DNA of 64,000 nucleotides from Candidatus Aminicenantes bacterium (GCA_963702005.1 OY969696.1:192001-256000), one strand, 5' to 3'; counted from the first letter of the stretch, positions 47,883 through 58,340 are shown. Notes: a model not told the origin generated them from the letters alone. Numbers and translations: made by a program.

Positions 47883-48995
47883 ATGACAGATAAGATGAAA
47901 ACCAAGACCGTCCATAAAGCGATGGCATTATTGATCCTGGCCCTGGGAGCCCTCACTATAAGGGGGATGGGCTTTCAAGAATCATTCCTCAAGCTTCGTG
48001 AAAAATACGGCCTGAAACCCGAGGATATGGTCCTCCCGCCCGGCGCCATCGAATTGGAAAAGGTCTCCTCATTCCCTTCGGCCGAGGACGAAAACAAGGG
48101 CATTTATCTCAGCAACCCGGGAGGCTTCTTGATAACCCCCTCCGGCCGGATCTATATTCCCGACACGAACAATGATGAAGTCTATGTCTTTGACCTCTCC
48201 GGATATCATCTTTTCAGCTTCGGTCGAAGCGGACAAGGCCCGGGAGAATTCCGCCAGCCGACCGTCATTGCTCAGTCCGATGATCAAGTCGTGATCGAAG
48301 AAATAATGAATATGAGGTTTCAAATATTTGACTCTGCCGGAACCTACCTCAGTGGCGCCAAGCTCTTTAAAGCTTATAATTCTATCGTCACGGCCGACGG
48401 TCTGATTTATGCCACGCCATACTTGATGCTTCCTCCCGAGGAACAAAAAAAGACGAATCTCATCGATGTCCTCGATCATCAAGGACGCGTGCTGCGTTCT
48501 TTCGGGACTCCTCTGGAGGTCAATCCATACGATTTTGGTCTACTCAATTTCGCTTTTCTGAAGCTCGACGCCAAGAAAGACCTATGGGTGGCATTCCAAA
48601 AATTTCCGCTTTTACGTAAATATTCATTGGATGGCCGGCTGCTTGGAGAATATTCATATCAATACGCCGTCGTGAAGAAGAAAGAGGCGTTCAACAAGCT
48701 CATGATGTCCAAACGAACCGGGGCATCTCAGGTGCCCTATGAAACTGTTTGCGGGGCAATCCATCCCGACGATAACGGCCTCTATGTCTTTTCTTCGTCA
48801 AAATCCAGGTTGGATATCTTCCTCGTCAAAGAAGGGGGTCAAATCGCGGAGTTCTATTGGCAACCTCGCGATGAAGGTATATTGTGCTGGGGCTTGTATA
48901 TCTACAATAAGAATAATGAAAAGACTTTTTATGTATTAGAGGCGACTCCGAATCCCGTGGTGGAGATATTAAAAATAAAAAAGCAGGAAAAATGA
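47883..48995 (+). CDS. Exported 6-bladed beta-propeller (NHL-like) protein, lower GC
   Basis: Signal peptide; IYIPD..VYVFD..G..SFGRSGQGPGEFRQP. Confidence 0.82.
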   Translation: MTDKMKTKTVHKAMALLILALGALTIRGMGFQESFLKLREKYGLKPEDMVLPPGAIELEKVSSFPSAEDENKGIYLSNPGGFLITPSGRIYIPDTNNDEVYVFDLSGYHLFSFGRSGQGPGEFRQPTVIAQSDDQVVIEEIMNMRFQIFDSAGTYLSGAKLFKAYNSIVTADGLIYATPYLMLPPEEQKKTNLIDVLDHQGRVLRSFGTPLEVNPYDFGLLNFAFLKLDAKKDLWVAFQKFPLLRKYSLDGRLLGEYSYQYAVVKKKEAFNKLMMSKRTGASQVPYETVCGAIHPDDNGLYVFSSSKSRLDIFLVKEGGQIAEFYWQPRDEGILCWGLYIYNKNNEKTFYVLEATPNPVVEILKIKKQEK

Positions 48996-49035
48996 AAAGG
49001 ACTCTTTTACTACCCTCCCCAGAAAACCGTCAGGC

Positions 49036-50307
49036 CTACGGGCATTGGATGACGCCGTGGGCCCAGAGGCAGCCGCCGCAGGCCGGGAACCTGTTCCCGA
49101 AGCAATCCTCCTTGTTCGTCTCGAGGAGGGTGCAACCGCCGCAGAGGTGGCAGGGCGCGAAGTCAAAGGCGTTGACTTTCTCCCGGAAGGCCCGGTACTC
49201 CTCCGAATTCCAGATGTCGAAGAGGTCTCCCGCAGCGACGTCCCCCACGATATAGCTTTCGATCGTTCGGTCGGTGGAGTGCAGGGTCGTCGTGTAGGAA
49301 TGGAGGAGCCCCATGCAGGGCGCGACTTTCCCGTCCCAGCGGACGAACGTCGTACGGTCCTTGATGAACCGGCAATTTCCGGTCCGGGCGCTGATCGGAT
49401 TCCCCATCATGTCGAGGTTGGCGTAGCCCCAGAACAGGCTGAGTAGGGCGTCGCGGGTAATCGGGCTGAAATCGAGCCGGGGGAGGCTGACAGCGGGCTT
49501 GCCCGGAGCATCGGAAAAAGTGTCCAGGGCCAAGGTCAGCCGGCAGATCATCTCTTTCTCCATCTCCGGCGTGTAAGGTAGGACGTTGCTGACCGAGACC
49601 CGGCGGGCTCCGGTCAGCTCGACGATCTCGTGGAGGTGAGCGAGGTCGTTGACATTCTTCCTCATGACGACGACGGCCAGGCCGACCTCGATGGCGCGCC
49701 CGCCCGTCTCGTTCAGCGTCTTGAGGATCCGCAGGCTCTCGACGACCCGGCGGAAATTCGCCCCGCGCCGGATCTCCTCGAAGACCTCCTCAATGAAACC
49801 GTCGAACGAGACCCAAAGCGTGTCGAGCCCGGCCGTGTAGAGAGCGCGGAGGAGGCCATCGTCGAGAAGCGTACCGTTCGTGATCAGCTCGGTCCGGAGG
49901 CCCAGTGCCTTGACGGCGCGAACCATGTCCACGATTCTAGGGTGGGCGGTCGGCTCTCCGAATCCCCCGAACGTGACGGATTCGAGATGCTCGAAGCGGC
50001 CTAACCCTCCGGCCAGCCGGTCGAAGACCTCCCAGTCCATGTCGCCGAGCGGTTCCTTCCAGGTGTTCCGGATACAGGTCGTGCAGGCCAGGTTGCAGCG
50101 TGAGGTCGGCTCGATATACAGGCGGGACAAGCTGTGGATATTGGGAAGGATCTCGACCCGGCCCGCTTCGGCCGCGATCGGGACTTCGCTGCCTGGAACA
50201 AGCCCCAGCCTGCGGACGATTCCTGCGGGCAGGACAAGCCGTCCGTCCTTGCCGACCCGGGCCTTGAGCTCGGGCGGATCGGCCTTGGGCCGGCCTTTCG
50301 AAATCAT
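49036..50307 (-). CDS. AbrB-like domain + radical SAM + SPASM protein (tungsten-cofactor-maturase-like)
   Basis: N-terminal [25 protein letters not shown]; CNLACTTC; GGFGEP; TNGTLL; [33 protein letters not shown]; ATGA-coupled to acr3. Confidence 0.88.
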   Translation of the reverse strand: MISKGRPKADPPELKARVGKDGRLVLPAGIVRRLGLVPGSEVPIAAEAGRVEILPNIHSLSRLYIEPTSRCNLACTTCIRNTWKEPLGDMDWEVFDRLAGGLGRFEHLESVTFGGFGEPTAHPRIVDMVRAVKALGLRTELITNGTLLDDGLLRALYTAGLDTLWVSFDGFIEEVFEEIRRGANFRRVVESLRILKTLNETGGRAIEVGLAVVVMRKNVNDLAHLHEIVELTGARRVSVSNVLPYTPEMEKEMICRLTLALDTFSDAPGKPAVSLPRLDFSPITRDALLSLFWGYANLDMMGNPISARTGNCRFIKDRTTFVRWDGKVAPCMGLLHSYTTTLHSTDRTIESYIVGDVAAGDLFDIWNSEEYRAFREKVNAFDFAPCHLCGGCTLLETNKEDCFGNRFPACGGCLWAHGVIQCP

Positions 50308-51347
50308 GCAAAATACTTCTTTCTAAAAAACAAGGCCACGTTGACCAGGCCGATCATGACCGGAACCTCGATGAGCGGGCCGATCACGGCGGCGAAGGCC
50401 TCTCCCGAATTGATGCCGAACACGGCCACCGCGACGGCGATGGCCAGCTCGAAATTGTTGCTGGCGGCCGTGAAGGACAGCGTCGCGGCCTTGGGATAGT
50501 CCGCGCCCGCTCTCCGGCTCAAAAAGAAAGACACCAGGAACATGACGATGAAATAGATGAGGAGCGGGACGGCGATTCGCAGGACGTCGAGCGGGATCTT
50601 GACGATAAACTCCCCCTTGAGCGAGAACATGACGACGATCGTGAAGAGCAGGGCGATGAGGGTGATCGGGCTGATGCGCGGGATAAACTTTGCGTCGTAC
50701 CAAGCCCGTCCTTTGAACCTGAGCAGGCTGAAGCGCGTGATGAGGCCGGCCAGGAACGGGATGCCCAGATAGATGAAGACGCTCCGGGCGATCTGGCCGA
50801 TCGTGACGTTGACTTCCGTCCCCTTGAGTCCGATCCAGGTCGGGACGACCGTGATGAAGACGTAGGCGTAGACCGAAAAGAACAGGACTTGGAAGATCGA
50901 ATTGAAGGCGACGAGTCCGGCCGCGTATTCCGTGTCGCCCTTGGCCAGCTCGTTCCAGACGATGACCATGGCGATGCAGCGGGCCAGGCCGATCAGGATC
51001 AATCCGTACATGTAGTGGGGATGGCCGCGCAGGAAAATAACCGCCAGGGCGAACATCAGGAGCGGCCCGATGATCCAGTTCTGCACAAGGGACAGCGCGA
51101 GGACTTTGACGTTCTTGAAAACGTCGCCCAGCTCCTCGTATTTGACCTTGGCCAGGGGCGGGTACATCATCAGGATGAGGCCGATGGCGATGGGGATGTT
51201 CGTGGTCCCCGACTGGAATTTGTTGATGAAACCGACGACGGCCGGGACGAGGTAGCCGAGCCCGACGCCGACGGCCATGGCCAGAAATATCCAGAGGGTC
51301 AGGAAACGGTCGAGAAAGGAGAGCTTGGAGATTTTCGTCTCGGTCAT
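50304..51347 (-). CDS. acr3: Arsenite efflux transporter Acr3
   Basis: [53 protein letters not shown]. Confidence 0.96.
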   Translation of the reverse strand: MTETKISKLSFLDRFLTLWIFLAMAVGVGLGYLVPAVVGFINKFQSGTTNIPIAIGLILMMYPPLAKVKYEELGDVFKNVKVLALSLVQNWIIGPLLMFALAVIFLRGHPHYMYGLILIGLARCIAMVIVWNELAKGDTEYAAGLVAFNSIFQVLFFSVYAYVFITVVPTWIGLKGTEVNVTIGQIARSVFIYLGIPFLAGLITRFSLLRFKGRAWYDAKFIPRISPITLIALLFTIVVMFSLKGEFIVKIPLDVLRIAVPLLIYFIVMFLVSFFLSRRAGADYPKAATLSFTAASNNFELAIAVAVAVFGINSGEAFAAVIGPLIEVPVMIGLVNVALFFRKKYFA

Positions 51348-51382
51348 GCCGGCAAATCCTTTCGCGCTCTTAAACGGTCCTT

Positions 51383-52066
51383 TCAAATAATAAAATAGAC
51401 GCCGACCAGGATGACGACGACTCCGGCGACTTTCTGGAGGACGGCGGACGCGGTCCGAAGCCCCTTGGACTCCAGGAGCCTCTTAGCCGCGCCCAGCGAG
51501 GTCCCGGCGATCAGGATCAGGACCGAGTGGCCCAGGGCATAGACGAAGAGAAGAAAGCCGCCGTAGAGTACGTTCCCTTTTTCCGCGACGTAGGCGAGAA
51601 GGACGGCCAGGATGGGGACGGCGCAGGGCGTCGAGACGAGACCGAACAGCAGGCCGAGGAGGAAGGCGCCCGCTATCCCCTGTTTCCGGACGTTGAGGAA
51701 AGCGGGGGCTTTAAAATCGAGCTTGAACAGGCCCAGGAGTTGGAGCCCCATGACCAGACAGACGGCTGCGACGATGTAGCGCCAAACCCGGCCGACATCG
51801 CCGAACATCCGCCCGGCCAAAGCAGAGATAAGACCGAGGCCCGTGAAGGTAACGGCCAGCCCCAGGACGAAAAACAGGGAAAACAGGAACATCCGCTTGA
51901 CGCTCATGCCCTCCCGGCGGCCGGCCACGACGCCCATGACCAGGGGGACCATGGCCAGGACGCAGGGATTGGCGGCCGTCGCCAGGCCGCCCAGGAACAC
52001 GGCCGCCGGCGCGAGCCAGGGCTGGCCCTGGATGACTCGGGCGATGTCTCCAAAAATGCTTTCCAC
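51383..52066 (-). CDS. ccdA: CcdA-type membrane disulfide reductase
   Basis: NPCVLAMVP and STPCAVPIL cysteines; about 6 TM helices. Confidence 0.88.
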   Translation of the reverse strand: MESIFGDIARVIQGQPWLAPAAVFLGGLATAANPCVLAMVPLVMGVVAGRREGMSVKRMFLFSLFFVLGLAVTFTGLGLISALAGRMFGDVGRVWRYIVAAVCLVMGLQLLGLFKLDFKAPAFLNVRKQGIAGAFLLGLLFGLVSTPCAVPILAVLLAYVAEKGNVLYGGFLLFVYALGHSVLILIAGTSLGAAKRLLESKGLRTASAVLQKVAGVVVILVGVYFII

Positions 52067-52073
52067 TCGTCCC

Positions 52074-52529
52074 CTATTCCTTGGCCTTCAGGCCTTTCTT
52101 TTCCAGGACCTTGAGAATCTCTTCCTTGGCGAACAGGCCCATGTGACGGAAAAATTCCTTGCCCTGGCCGTCGAGGAAGATCTGGGTCGGGATGAGCTGG
52201 ACCTTGTATTTGCGCGTCGGCGCCGGGTCCTCCCAGACATCATAAAAAACAACCAGGACGTCCTCGGGGTAGGAAGCAGCGATCTCCTTCATGATCGGCC
52301 GCATCTGGCGGCAGGGGATGCAGCGGTCGGAGCCGAGCTCAAGGAAGGCCACCTTATAAGTGGAAAAATCGATCTCGAGGCTTTTAGTTTTGAAGACCTT
52401 GCCTTTCTCCGGCTTGTCCGCGGCCCCGGCCGTCTGAGCGTCCTGCCCCAACGCCAGGCCGGGTGAGCCCGCCACGAGAAGCGCCGCCGCCAGCAGGCCG
52501 GCCAAGCTCCATCGTACGATATGATGCAT
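52074..52529 (-). CDS. Exported thioredoxin family protein
   Basis: Signal peptide; ELGSDRCIPCRQM; IPTQIF..GKEFFRHMG. Confidence 0.88.
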   Translation of the reverse strand: MHHIVRWSLAGLLAAALLVAGSPGLALGQDAQTAGAADKPEKGKVFKTKSLEIDFSTYKVAFLELGSDRCIPCRQMRPIMKEIAASYPEDVLVVFYDVWEDPAPTRKYKVQLIPTQIFLDGQGKEFFRHMGLFAKEEILKVLEKKGLKAKE

Positions 52530-52540
52530 GAATCACCCCT

Positions 52541-52780
52541 TTATATCTCGTCGCGGATCCAAGCCTTGATTTCCTCGAGCGACGGGATTCGGCCCGAACA
52601 CTTAACTTTGCCGTTGATGATGAGGCCCGGCGTCGCGAGGATCCTGGACTCCGTGATCTTCATTATGTCCGTGATCTTCTCGACGGCGGCCGGAACTCCC
52701 AGCTCGGCCAAGGCGTTCTTGACTCTTTTTTCTACCTCTCCGCAACGGGGGCAGCCGGGGCCTAAGACTTTGATATCCAC
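52541..52780 (-). CDS. Small redox-active disulfide protein 2 (thioredoxin_3)
   Basis: GTG 52780 after ggagga; IKVLGPGCPRC...TPGLIINGKVKCSGRIP. Confidence 0.88.
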   Translation of the reverse strand: MDIKVLGPGCPRCGEVEKRVKNALAELGVPAAVEKITDIMKITESRILATPGLIINGKVKCSGRIPSLEEIKAWIRDEI

Positions 52781-52793
52781 TTTTTCCTCCGTT

Positions 52794-53969
52794 TTATCCG
52801 ACAACGGCTCCAAAGACGAGCCCTGTCAAGGCCGCCATTACGATAACGAGCAGAAAGTAGGTCATAGCCTTTTTCGTTCCCAGGATTCCCCGGATGATGA
52901 TCATGCTCGGGAGCGATAAAGCCGGCCCGGCGAGGAGGAGGGCCAGCGCAGGGCCTTGCCCCATGCCGGAGCCGATCAAGCCCTGGAGGATGGGGACCTC
53001 GGTCAGGGTCGCAAAATACATCAGGGCTCCGGCGAACGAGGCGAACATGTTCGCTCCGATCCCGTTCCCGCCCAGCAGGCCGGCGATCCAGCGGCCGGGA
53101 ATGATTCCATCGTGTCCAGGCCGGCCCAACAGGAAACCGGAGAGAAAAACCCCGCCCAGGAGAAGGGGAAAGATCTGCTTGGCGAAGACCCAGGTCGAGA
53201 ATGCCCACTCCTTGAGTTCCTCCCGGTTGAACCAGCGGATTAGCATCCAAGCCAGGAGGGCGGCCAGCGCCCCGCTGATGACCCACTTGGCCCCGTGGAC
53301 GGCCTGCGAGGCGGGTAGCGACGCATCCCCCTTGCTCCAGTTCATGAACACGAGGATCCCGACCATAGTCGCGAAATAGAGCGCGGTTTTCCAGAGCGGC
53401 CGCGTCTCTCGCTGCTCGGCGGAGGATTCGAAGCCGGACTCGCCGTTTTTCGCGTCCTCTCCTTTTTGGAATAGAGCGTGCATGATGAGCCCGATGATGA
53501 TGGAAAATGCGACCGCCCCGACGGCGCGCGCAAGGCCGATCTTCCAGCCCAGGACGCGGGCCGTCATGATGATGGCCAGGACGTTGATGGCCGGCCCCGA
53601 ATAGAGAAAGGCCGTGGCCGGCCCGATACCCGCGCCGCGCGTGTAGATCCCGGCGAAGAGCGGGAGGACCGTGCAGGAACAGACGGCCAGGATGGTCCCC
53701 GAGACGGAGGCAACTCCATAGGACAAGACCTTGGGGGCCCGCGGTCCCAAGTAACGCATGACCGATTCCTTACTGACAAAGACCGAGATGGCGCCTGCGA
53801 TGAAGAACGCCGGCACCAGGCAGAGAAGGACGTGCAGGCGGGCGTACTCCTGGACGAGCAGGAACGCCTCGATAATCGCGTTCTGGATGCCGAGCCTGGA
53901 GAAGGGAATAAAATAGGCGGCGAAGAATACGAGCGCCAGGACCAGAAAGGCACGAAGCTCTTTCTTCAT
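52794..53969 (-). CDS. ArsP/DUF318 family permease
   Basis: HVLLCLVPAFFIAGAI, LAVCSCTVLPLF, FLYSGPAIN, MYFATLTEVPI, LLAGPALSLPSM. Confidence 0.9.
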   Translation of the reverse strand: MKKELRAFLVLALVFFAAYFIPFSRLGIQNAIIEAFLLVQEYARLHVLLCLVPAFFIAGAISVFVSKESVMRYLGPRAPKVLSYGVASVSGTILAVCSCTVLPLFAGIYTRGAGIGPATAFLYSGPAINVLAIIMTARVLGWKIGLARAVGAVAFSIIIGLIMHALFQKGEDAKNGESGFESSAEQRETRPLWKTALYFATMVGILVFMNWSKGDASLPASQAVHGAKWVISGALAALLAWMLIRWFNREELKEWAFSTWVFAKQIFPLLLGGVFLSGFLLGRPGHDGIIPGRWIAGLLGGNGIGANMFASFAGALMYFATLTEVPILQGLIGSGMGQGPALALLLAGPALSLPSMIIIRGILGTKKAMTYFLLVIVMAALTGLVFGAVVG

Positions 53970-54346
53970 GTCCTGCGTTCCGTCGATTTGGCGTCCGGGA
54001 CACGCTCCCGGCGTGGGCTTTCCCGGAGGCAGGGCGCGAGCTTCTTCAGGTCGCTGGCGACCGCCGCCTTCCCGATCGCCCCGGCCCGGACCTGCTTCCC
54101 GATGAACGGGCCCAGCCCGCGCCGGACTGGAGTCGGGACATGATAGATGATCCATTTTCCGTCGCGGACGTCCTCGACCAGCCCGGCCACACGGAGGATC
54201 CGGAGCTGATGGGATATCCGGGACTGTTCCATCCCCAGGACGGCCGTCAGCTCGCAAACGCACAGGTCGCGCCGCAAGAGGAGGACGATGATCCGGAGCC
54301 GGGCCGGGTCCGAGAGGGCCTTGAAGGTCGTGACGAGGCTTTTCAT
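53966..54346 (-). CDS. arsR: ArsR/SmtB family metalloregulator
   Basis: FKALSDPARLRI, LCVCEL, QSRISHQLRIL, DGKWIIY. Confidence 0.92.
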   Translation of the reverse strand: MKSLVTTFKALSDPARLRIIVLLLRRDLCVCELTAVLGMEQSRISHQLRILRVAGLVEDVRDGKWIIYHVPTPVRRGLGPFIGKQVRAGAIGKAAVASDLKKLAPCLRESPRRERVPDAKSTERRT

Positions 54347-54361
54347 GTCAGTTGAAATTAC

Positions 54362-54403
54362 ATATGAAGATATCATCATATATACAACGATCCGGGTTGT
54401 CAA
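54362..54403 (-). promoter_or_regulatory. ars promoter with overlapping ArsR operator
   Basis: TTGACA-N17-TATGAT; near-palindrome ATATGAAGATATCATCATAT (54362-54381) over the -10. Confidence 0.78.
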
Positions 54404-54409
54404 GTGGGC

Positions 54410-54490
54410 GAATTCCGGGGACACACGACTTAATTCGGAAGAATCCCTGAAAGGAAATGATTCGAATTAAGTCGTGTGTCCCCGGAATTC
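54410..54490. repeat. Perfect 28-bp inverted repeat (REP-like, GGGGACA/TGTCCCC type)
   Basis: GAATTCCGGGGACACACGACTTAATTCG-N25-CGAATTAAGTCGTGTGTCCCCGGAATTC. Confidence 0.88.
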
Positions 54491-56063
54491 ATTCACCTAG
54501 GGCGGCGCGGCGCTGGGCCTTCTTTTCGGCGAAAGAGCGCGGGACAAAGACGGCTTCGCCCGTCGCCGGATTCGTCCCGGTGTGATACATGCAGGTCGAG
54601 CGGGTCATCGGCGTCGGGGTGAAGACCTGGATCCCTTCGGCCGGCCTGTCTCCTTCCTTCTCGAGGGCGCGCAGGGCGCGGCCGAGCTCGCGGGCTTCCT
54701 TGTCGCCGCAGCCCGGGTGGCCGACCATGAAGTAGTAGGCCAGATGCTGCTTCGTCCCGCGGTTGACGCGGCGAAAGAGAGCCCGGAACTCCTTGAGCGA
54801 TCCCCGGTCCTTGTTCATGGCGCGCAGGACGGCCGGCGCGACGTGCTCGGGAGCGATCTTGAGAAGCCCGCTCAGGTGATGGCCGCAGAGCTCCTCGAGG
54901 TACTCGGGGCTGTCCATGGCCAGGTCGTAGCGGATTCCGCTCCGAACAAAAACTTTTTTGACGCCGGGGACGGCCCGGGCTTTCCTCATGAGCCGGATGA
55001 GGCGGCTGTGGCTTCGGTCGAGGCGCCGGCAGTCCAAGCAATCCCCCTTCCGGCAGCCCGGCGCGCAATCCATTCCGTACATGTTCGCGGTCGGCCCGCC
55101 CAGGTCGTCGATATAGCCTTTGAAGTCGGGATGGCGGGTCAGCCGGCGAATCTCGTCCAGTATGGACGCTTCGCTCCGCGACACGATTCGCTCTCCCTGG
55201 TGGAGGGAAAGCGAACAGAACGAACAGCCGCCGACGCAGCCCCGGTGAGTCACGACCGAGAACTGGGCCATCTTGAACTCCGGAAAATCCTTCGGGATTT
55301 TCCGCGAAAAGGGAAGGCCGTAGATTCCATCCAGGTTCTTCGTTGTGTAGGCGGGCATCGGATGCTGGAGGACGAAACGGCCGGCGTGCCCCTGGGCGAG
55401 CGCGGCACGGTTCGAGAACTCATTCTGGGCCTCGCAGAATTTAACCGGGTCCGCGCTTACTTCTTCGAAGGAGGGCATGATGCGAAAGCCTTCGGGAGCC
55501 TCGCGACGGACGACGCATGTTCCCGGGATGCCGTCGAGCGCCTCCCCCTCCGCGTATCTCCGCGCGATCTCGATCGCCTGGAGCTCGCCCGGCCCGTAGA
55601 CGAGGATGTCGGCGCGCGAATCGAGCAGGATGCTTCGCCGGACACGGTCTTCCCAGTAATCGTAATGGGCGAAGCGGCGGAGGGAGGCCTCGATCCCGCC
55701 GATGACGATGGGCGCTCCCGGGAAAAGGCCTCTGATCTTGTTGCAATAGACGATCACGGCCCGGTCGGGGATTCCGGACTCGCGGGCGCCGTGGGCGTCC
55801 TTGGACCGGCGGCGCTTGAGGGGCGACAGGTTGACAAGCAGGCTGTCGATCGAGCCGGCCGTGACGCCGAAGAATAGGCGGGGACGGCCCAGCCGCAGGA
55901 AATCCCGGTCCCGGCTCCAGTCGGGCCGGCCGATGACGCCGACCTTGTACCCTTCCGCGTCCAGGACGCGGGCGATGACGCCGAGGCCCGACAGCGGATG
56001 GTCGACGTAGGGCTCGCCGCCAACCAGGATGACGTCGAAGTCCTTGCCGGAATCGGAGATCAT
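54489..56063 (-). CDS. ygiQ: YgiQ family radical SAM protein
   Basis: DVILVGGEPYVDHP, GGIEASLRRFAHYDYW, HRGCVGGCSFC, DLGGPTANMY, LKIAPEH, FTPTPMT. Confidence 0.92.
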   Translation of the reverse strand: MISDSGKDFDVILVGGEPYVDHPLSGLGVIARVLDAEGYKVGVIGRPDWSRDRDFLRLGRPRLFFGVTAGSIDSLLVNLSPLKRRRSKDAHGARESGIPDRAVIVYCNKIRGLFPGAPIVIGGIEASLRRFAHYDYWEDRVRRSILLDSRADILVYGPGELQAIEIARRYAEGEALDGIPGTCVVRREAPEGFRIMPSFEEVSADPVKFCEAQNEFSNRAALAQGHAGRFVLQHPMPAYTTKNLDGIYGLPFSRKIPKDFPEFKMAQFSVVTHRGCVGGCSFCSLSLHQGERIVSRSEASILDEIRRLTRHPDFKGYIDDLGGPTANMYGMDCAPGCRKGDCLDCRRLDRSHSRLIRLMRKARAVPGVKKVFVRSGIRYDLAMDSPEYLEELCGHHLSGLLKIAPEHVAPAVLRAMNKDRGSLKEFRALFRRVNRGTKQHLAYYFMVGHPGCGDKEARELGRALRALEKEGDRPAEGIQVFTPTPMTRSTCMYHTGTNPATGEAVFVPRSFAEKKAQRRAALGE

Positions 56064-56075
56064 GGGAAGGCCCGC

Positions 56076-57209
56076 CTAGTAGCGCTGGCGCTCGAAGATA
56101 AAATAGCCGAAAACGGCGTTCCCGACAAGGATGGCCCCGGCGACGAAGAACGCGGCGGGGAAACCGGCCCGGGCGCCCAGCGACGAAAAGACGATCGCGC
56201 CGCAGGCCTGCCCGGCGACCTGGAGGGCGAGGAGCAGCCCCGCGCTCCCTCCGATCGTCCGCCGTTCGAACAGGCGCGAGACGAAGATGACGACGAGGGC
56301 CGCCAGCAGCCCGTCGCCGATCTCGTGGACGATGCGGAACGCCAGCGAAAGATAAATATTATGACGGACCATAAGGAGGAGTCCCGCCCCGGAAAGCAGC
56401 ATGGCGAACGGGACCAGCTTCCGGTTCAGCCGCTCGTCGAAGCGGAGGCGGCTGAAGAGAAGGGCCGTCAGGGCCAGAAACAGAAAGGGGATCGTGATGT
56501 ACAGGGCGAGCCGGAGGTCGTCGAGCCCGAAGTAGGTCCGCAGGAAGGGGCTGTAGACCGTCGTCTCGAGACCCCAGTGGAGGGCGAGGACGACGATGAA
56601 GACGGAGAAGAGGAGCGTCCGCGGCCGGGCCAGTCCGCGGCCATAGACACGCAGCGGGACCGCCTCGAACTTTTCATGATCGAGATCCCGCAGGATGAAG
56701 AGAGCGGAAGCCAGAACCAGCGCGTCGACGAGGTACAGGGTTCGGAACCCGGAGAATCGGGACAAGGCTCCGCTGGCCAGGATGCCCACCGACATCCCGA
56801 AGGCCATCCAGAAAGCGAACAGCCCGTACTTCCGGTTCTGGTCGAGCCGGGTTTCGTCCTTGAAGTAGAGGCTGTTGACGGAGACGTCGAAGCCGTTGTT
56901 GGAGACGCCCAGCAGGAGGAAGAGAAGGACGGCGACCGGAAACGACCGCGTCCAAGCCAGGGCCGCGATCACCGTCGCCTGGACGACGACGGCGGCCCGG
57001 ATGACGCCCTTGATCGAGAACCGGTCGTTGATGAGTCCGGTCGGGAAAGAGACTAGGAGCGGCGCGAAGGCGAAAGCGGAGACGGCCAGGCCCGTCCGCC
57101 AGCCGGTCCAGCCCAGGCTCATGAAATAAAGGGGCGAGAAAAAGAGCGTGGAATTGATGACGAACTTACGGATGAAGTTCAGGGCGTGAACCGTGCGGAC
57201 CGTAGCCAT
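56076..57209 (-). CDS. MFS transporter
   Basis: About 12 TM helices; GLINDRFSIK motif A-like. Confidence 0.8.
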   Translation of the reverse strand: MATVRTVHALNFIRKFVINSTLFFSPLYFMSLGWTGWRTGLAVSAFAFAPLLVSFPTGLINDRFSIKGVIRAAVVVQATVIAALAWTRSFPVAVLLFLLLGVSNNGFDVSVNSLYFKDETRLDQNRKYGLFAFWMAFGMSVGILASGALSRFSGFRTLYLVDALVLASALFILRDLDHEKFEAVPLRVYGRGLARPRTLLFSVFIVVLALHWGLETTVYSPFLRTYFGLDDLRLALYITIPFLFLALTALLFSRLRFDERLNRKLVPFAMLLSGAGLLLMVRHNIYLSLAFRIVHEIGDGLLAALVVIFVSRLFERRTIGGSAGLLLALQVAGQACGAIVFSSLGARAGFPAAFFVAGAILVGNAVFGYFIFERQRY

Positions 57210-57242
57210 GGGACCGCCTATTATATACGGCGCCGGACCGAT

Positions 57243-57286
57243 AAAAAAGGGGCGGCTCCTCCCCTCGAGGAGAGGGGGCCGCCCCT
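57243..57286 (-). terminator. Intrinsic terminator of the ECF operon
   Basis: Minus strand: aggggcggcccc...ggagccgcccc followed by tttttt. Confidence 0.75.
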
Positions 57287-57313
57287 GGAACAGGCTCTGG
57301 AAGGGCTAGGGCC

Positions 57314-58300
57314 TCAATCCTTCTTCAGGCCGAGGCCGCTGCTCTTGATGGAAATGCTTCCGCTGAAGCTCTTGGCCGTCACCAGCGCGCCGCCCTTGTT
57401 CACGGTCCCCCGGATCTCGCGGGGCGACATCTTCCCCGAAACCTTGATGTCGAAATCGGTATCGATGTCGCCGCTGAAGGTCTCCACTTCCATCTCGAAA
57501 CTGGAGTCTTTGGGCAGGTTGATCGTGACGTCGCCGCTATGGGACTCAAGGATATAGCGGCCCTTGGGAGCCGTGAGGCTTTCGAAGCTCACGTCGCCGC
57601 TGACGGTCTTGGCCTTGACCGTTTCGGCCCCGGCGACGTCCCCGAGGTCGACATCGCCGCTGACCGAGCTCGCCTCGATCGATCCCTCGACGCGGCTGAT
57701 GGTCACGCTGCCGGACACGCTCTCGGCGTCGATGCTGCCCTTGATGTCCGAGGCCTTGACGTCGCCGCTGACGCTCCCGCACTCGGCGCCGGCCGCGGCC
57801 TTGGTCAGGGTCACATCGCCGCTGACGGATTTGGCGCGAGCCGGGCCGCCTATGGCTTCGAGCTCGACGTCGCCGCTGACCGAGGTCGCGTCGATGGCGG
57901 CTTTGGCCGGGATATACAGAGTGAAGTCCACGGAGACGTTCCCGGAATCATGGCCCCACCAGCCGTGTTTGGGGTACTTGGTCTCGATCCGGACGGTCCG
58001 GCCGTCGCCGCTGACCTCGATCGTGACCTCCTTGGCGTTCTCCTCGGCCTTGCCCTTAGACGAGGCTTCGCTCATCTTGAGGGCGTCGATCTTGACCTGG
58101 GCCTTGTCCCAGCTGAAGACCTTGATGTCTCCGGAGACGTTGCTGAGATAGACCTTGCCATCCATGGCCAGGTCCAGGGTCTTCTCAAATTTTTCCTGGT
58201 AGTCATCGTGGGCCCAGACGGCGGCGGCCCCCCAGCTCAGGATGAGGAGCGCGGCGCCGGCCAGCGCCAGGCACCTGACGGATCCTTGTTTGTGTCTCAT
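57314..58300 (-). CDS. DUF4097 (adhesin-like beta-helix) exported protein
   Basis: Many SVSGDV repeats; signal peptide. Confidence 0.88.
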   Translation of the reverse strand: MRHKQGSVRCLALAGAALLILSWGAAAVWAHDDYQEKFEKTLDLAMDGKVYLSNVSGDIKVFSWDKAQVKIDALKMSEASSKGKAEENAKEVTIEVSGDGRTVRIETKYPKHGWWGHDSGNVSVDFTLYIPAKAAIDATSVSGDVELEAIGGPARAKSVSGDVTLTKAAAGAECGSVSGDVKASDIKGSIDAESVSGSVTISRVEGSIEASSVSGDVDLGDVAGAETVKAKTVSGDVSFESLTAPKGRYILESHSGDVTINLPKDSSFEMEVETFSGDIDTDFDIKVSGKMSPREIRGTVNKGGALVTAKSFSGSISIKSSGLGLKKD

Positions 58301-58340
58301 GGTCGGTCCTCCTTATTCATCGTCGTTCGTTGATCTCGGT

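Noticed and set aside
51383-53969. Selenocysteine read-through in the ars-linked redox genes
   Set aside because: All redox motifs (CPRC, CIPC, CSC, PC) use Cys codons; no in-frame TGA at catalytic positions.
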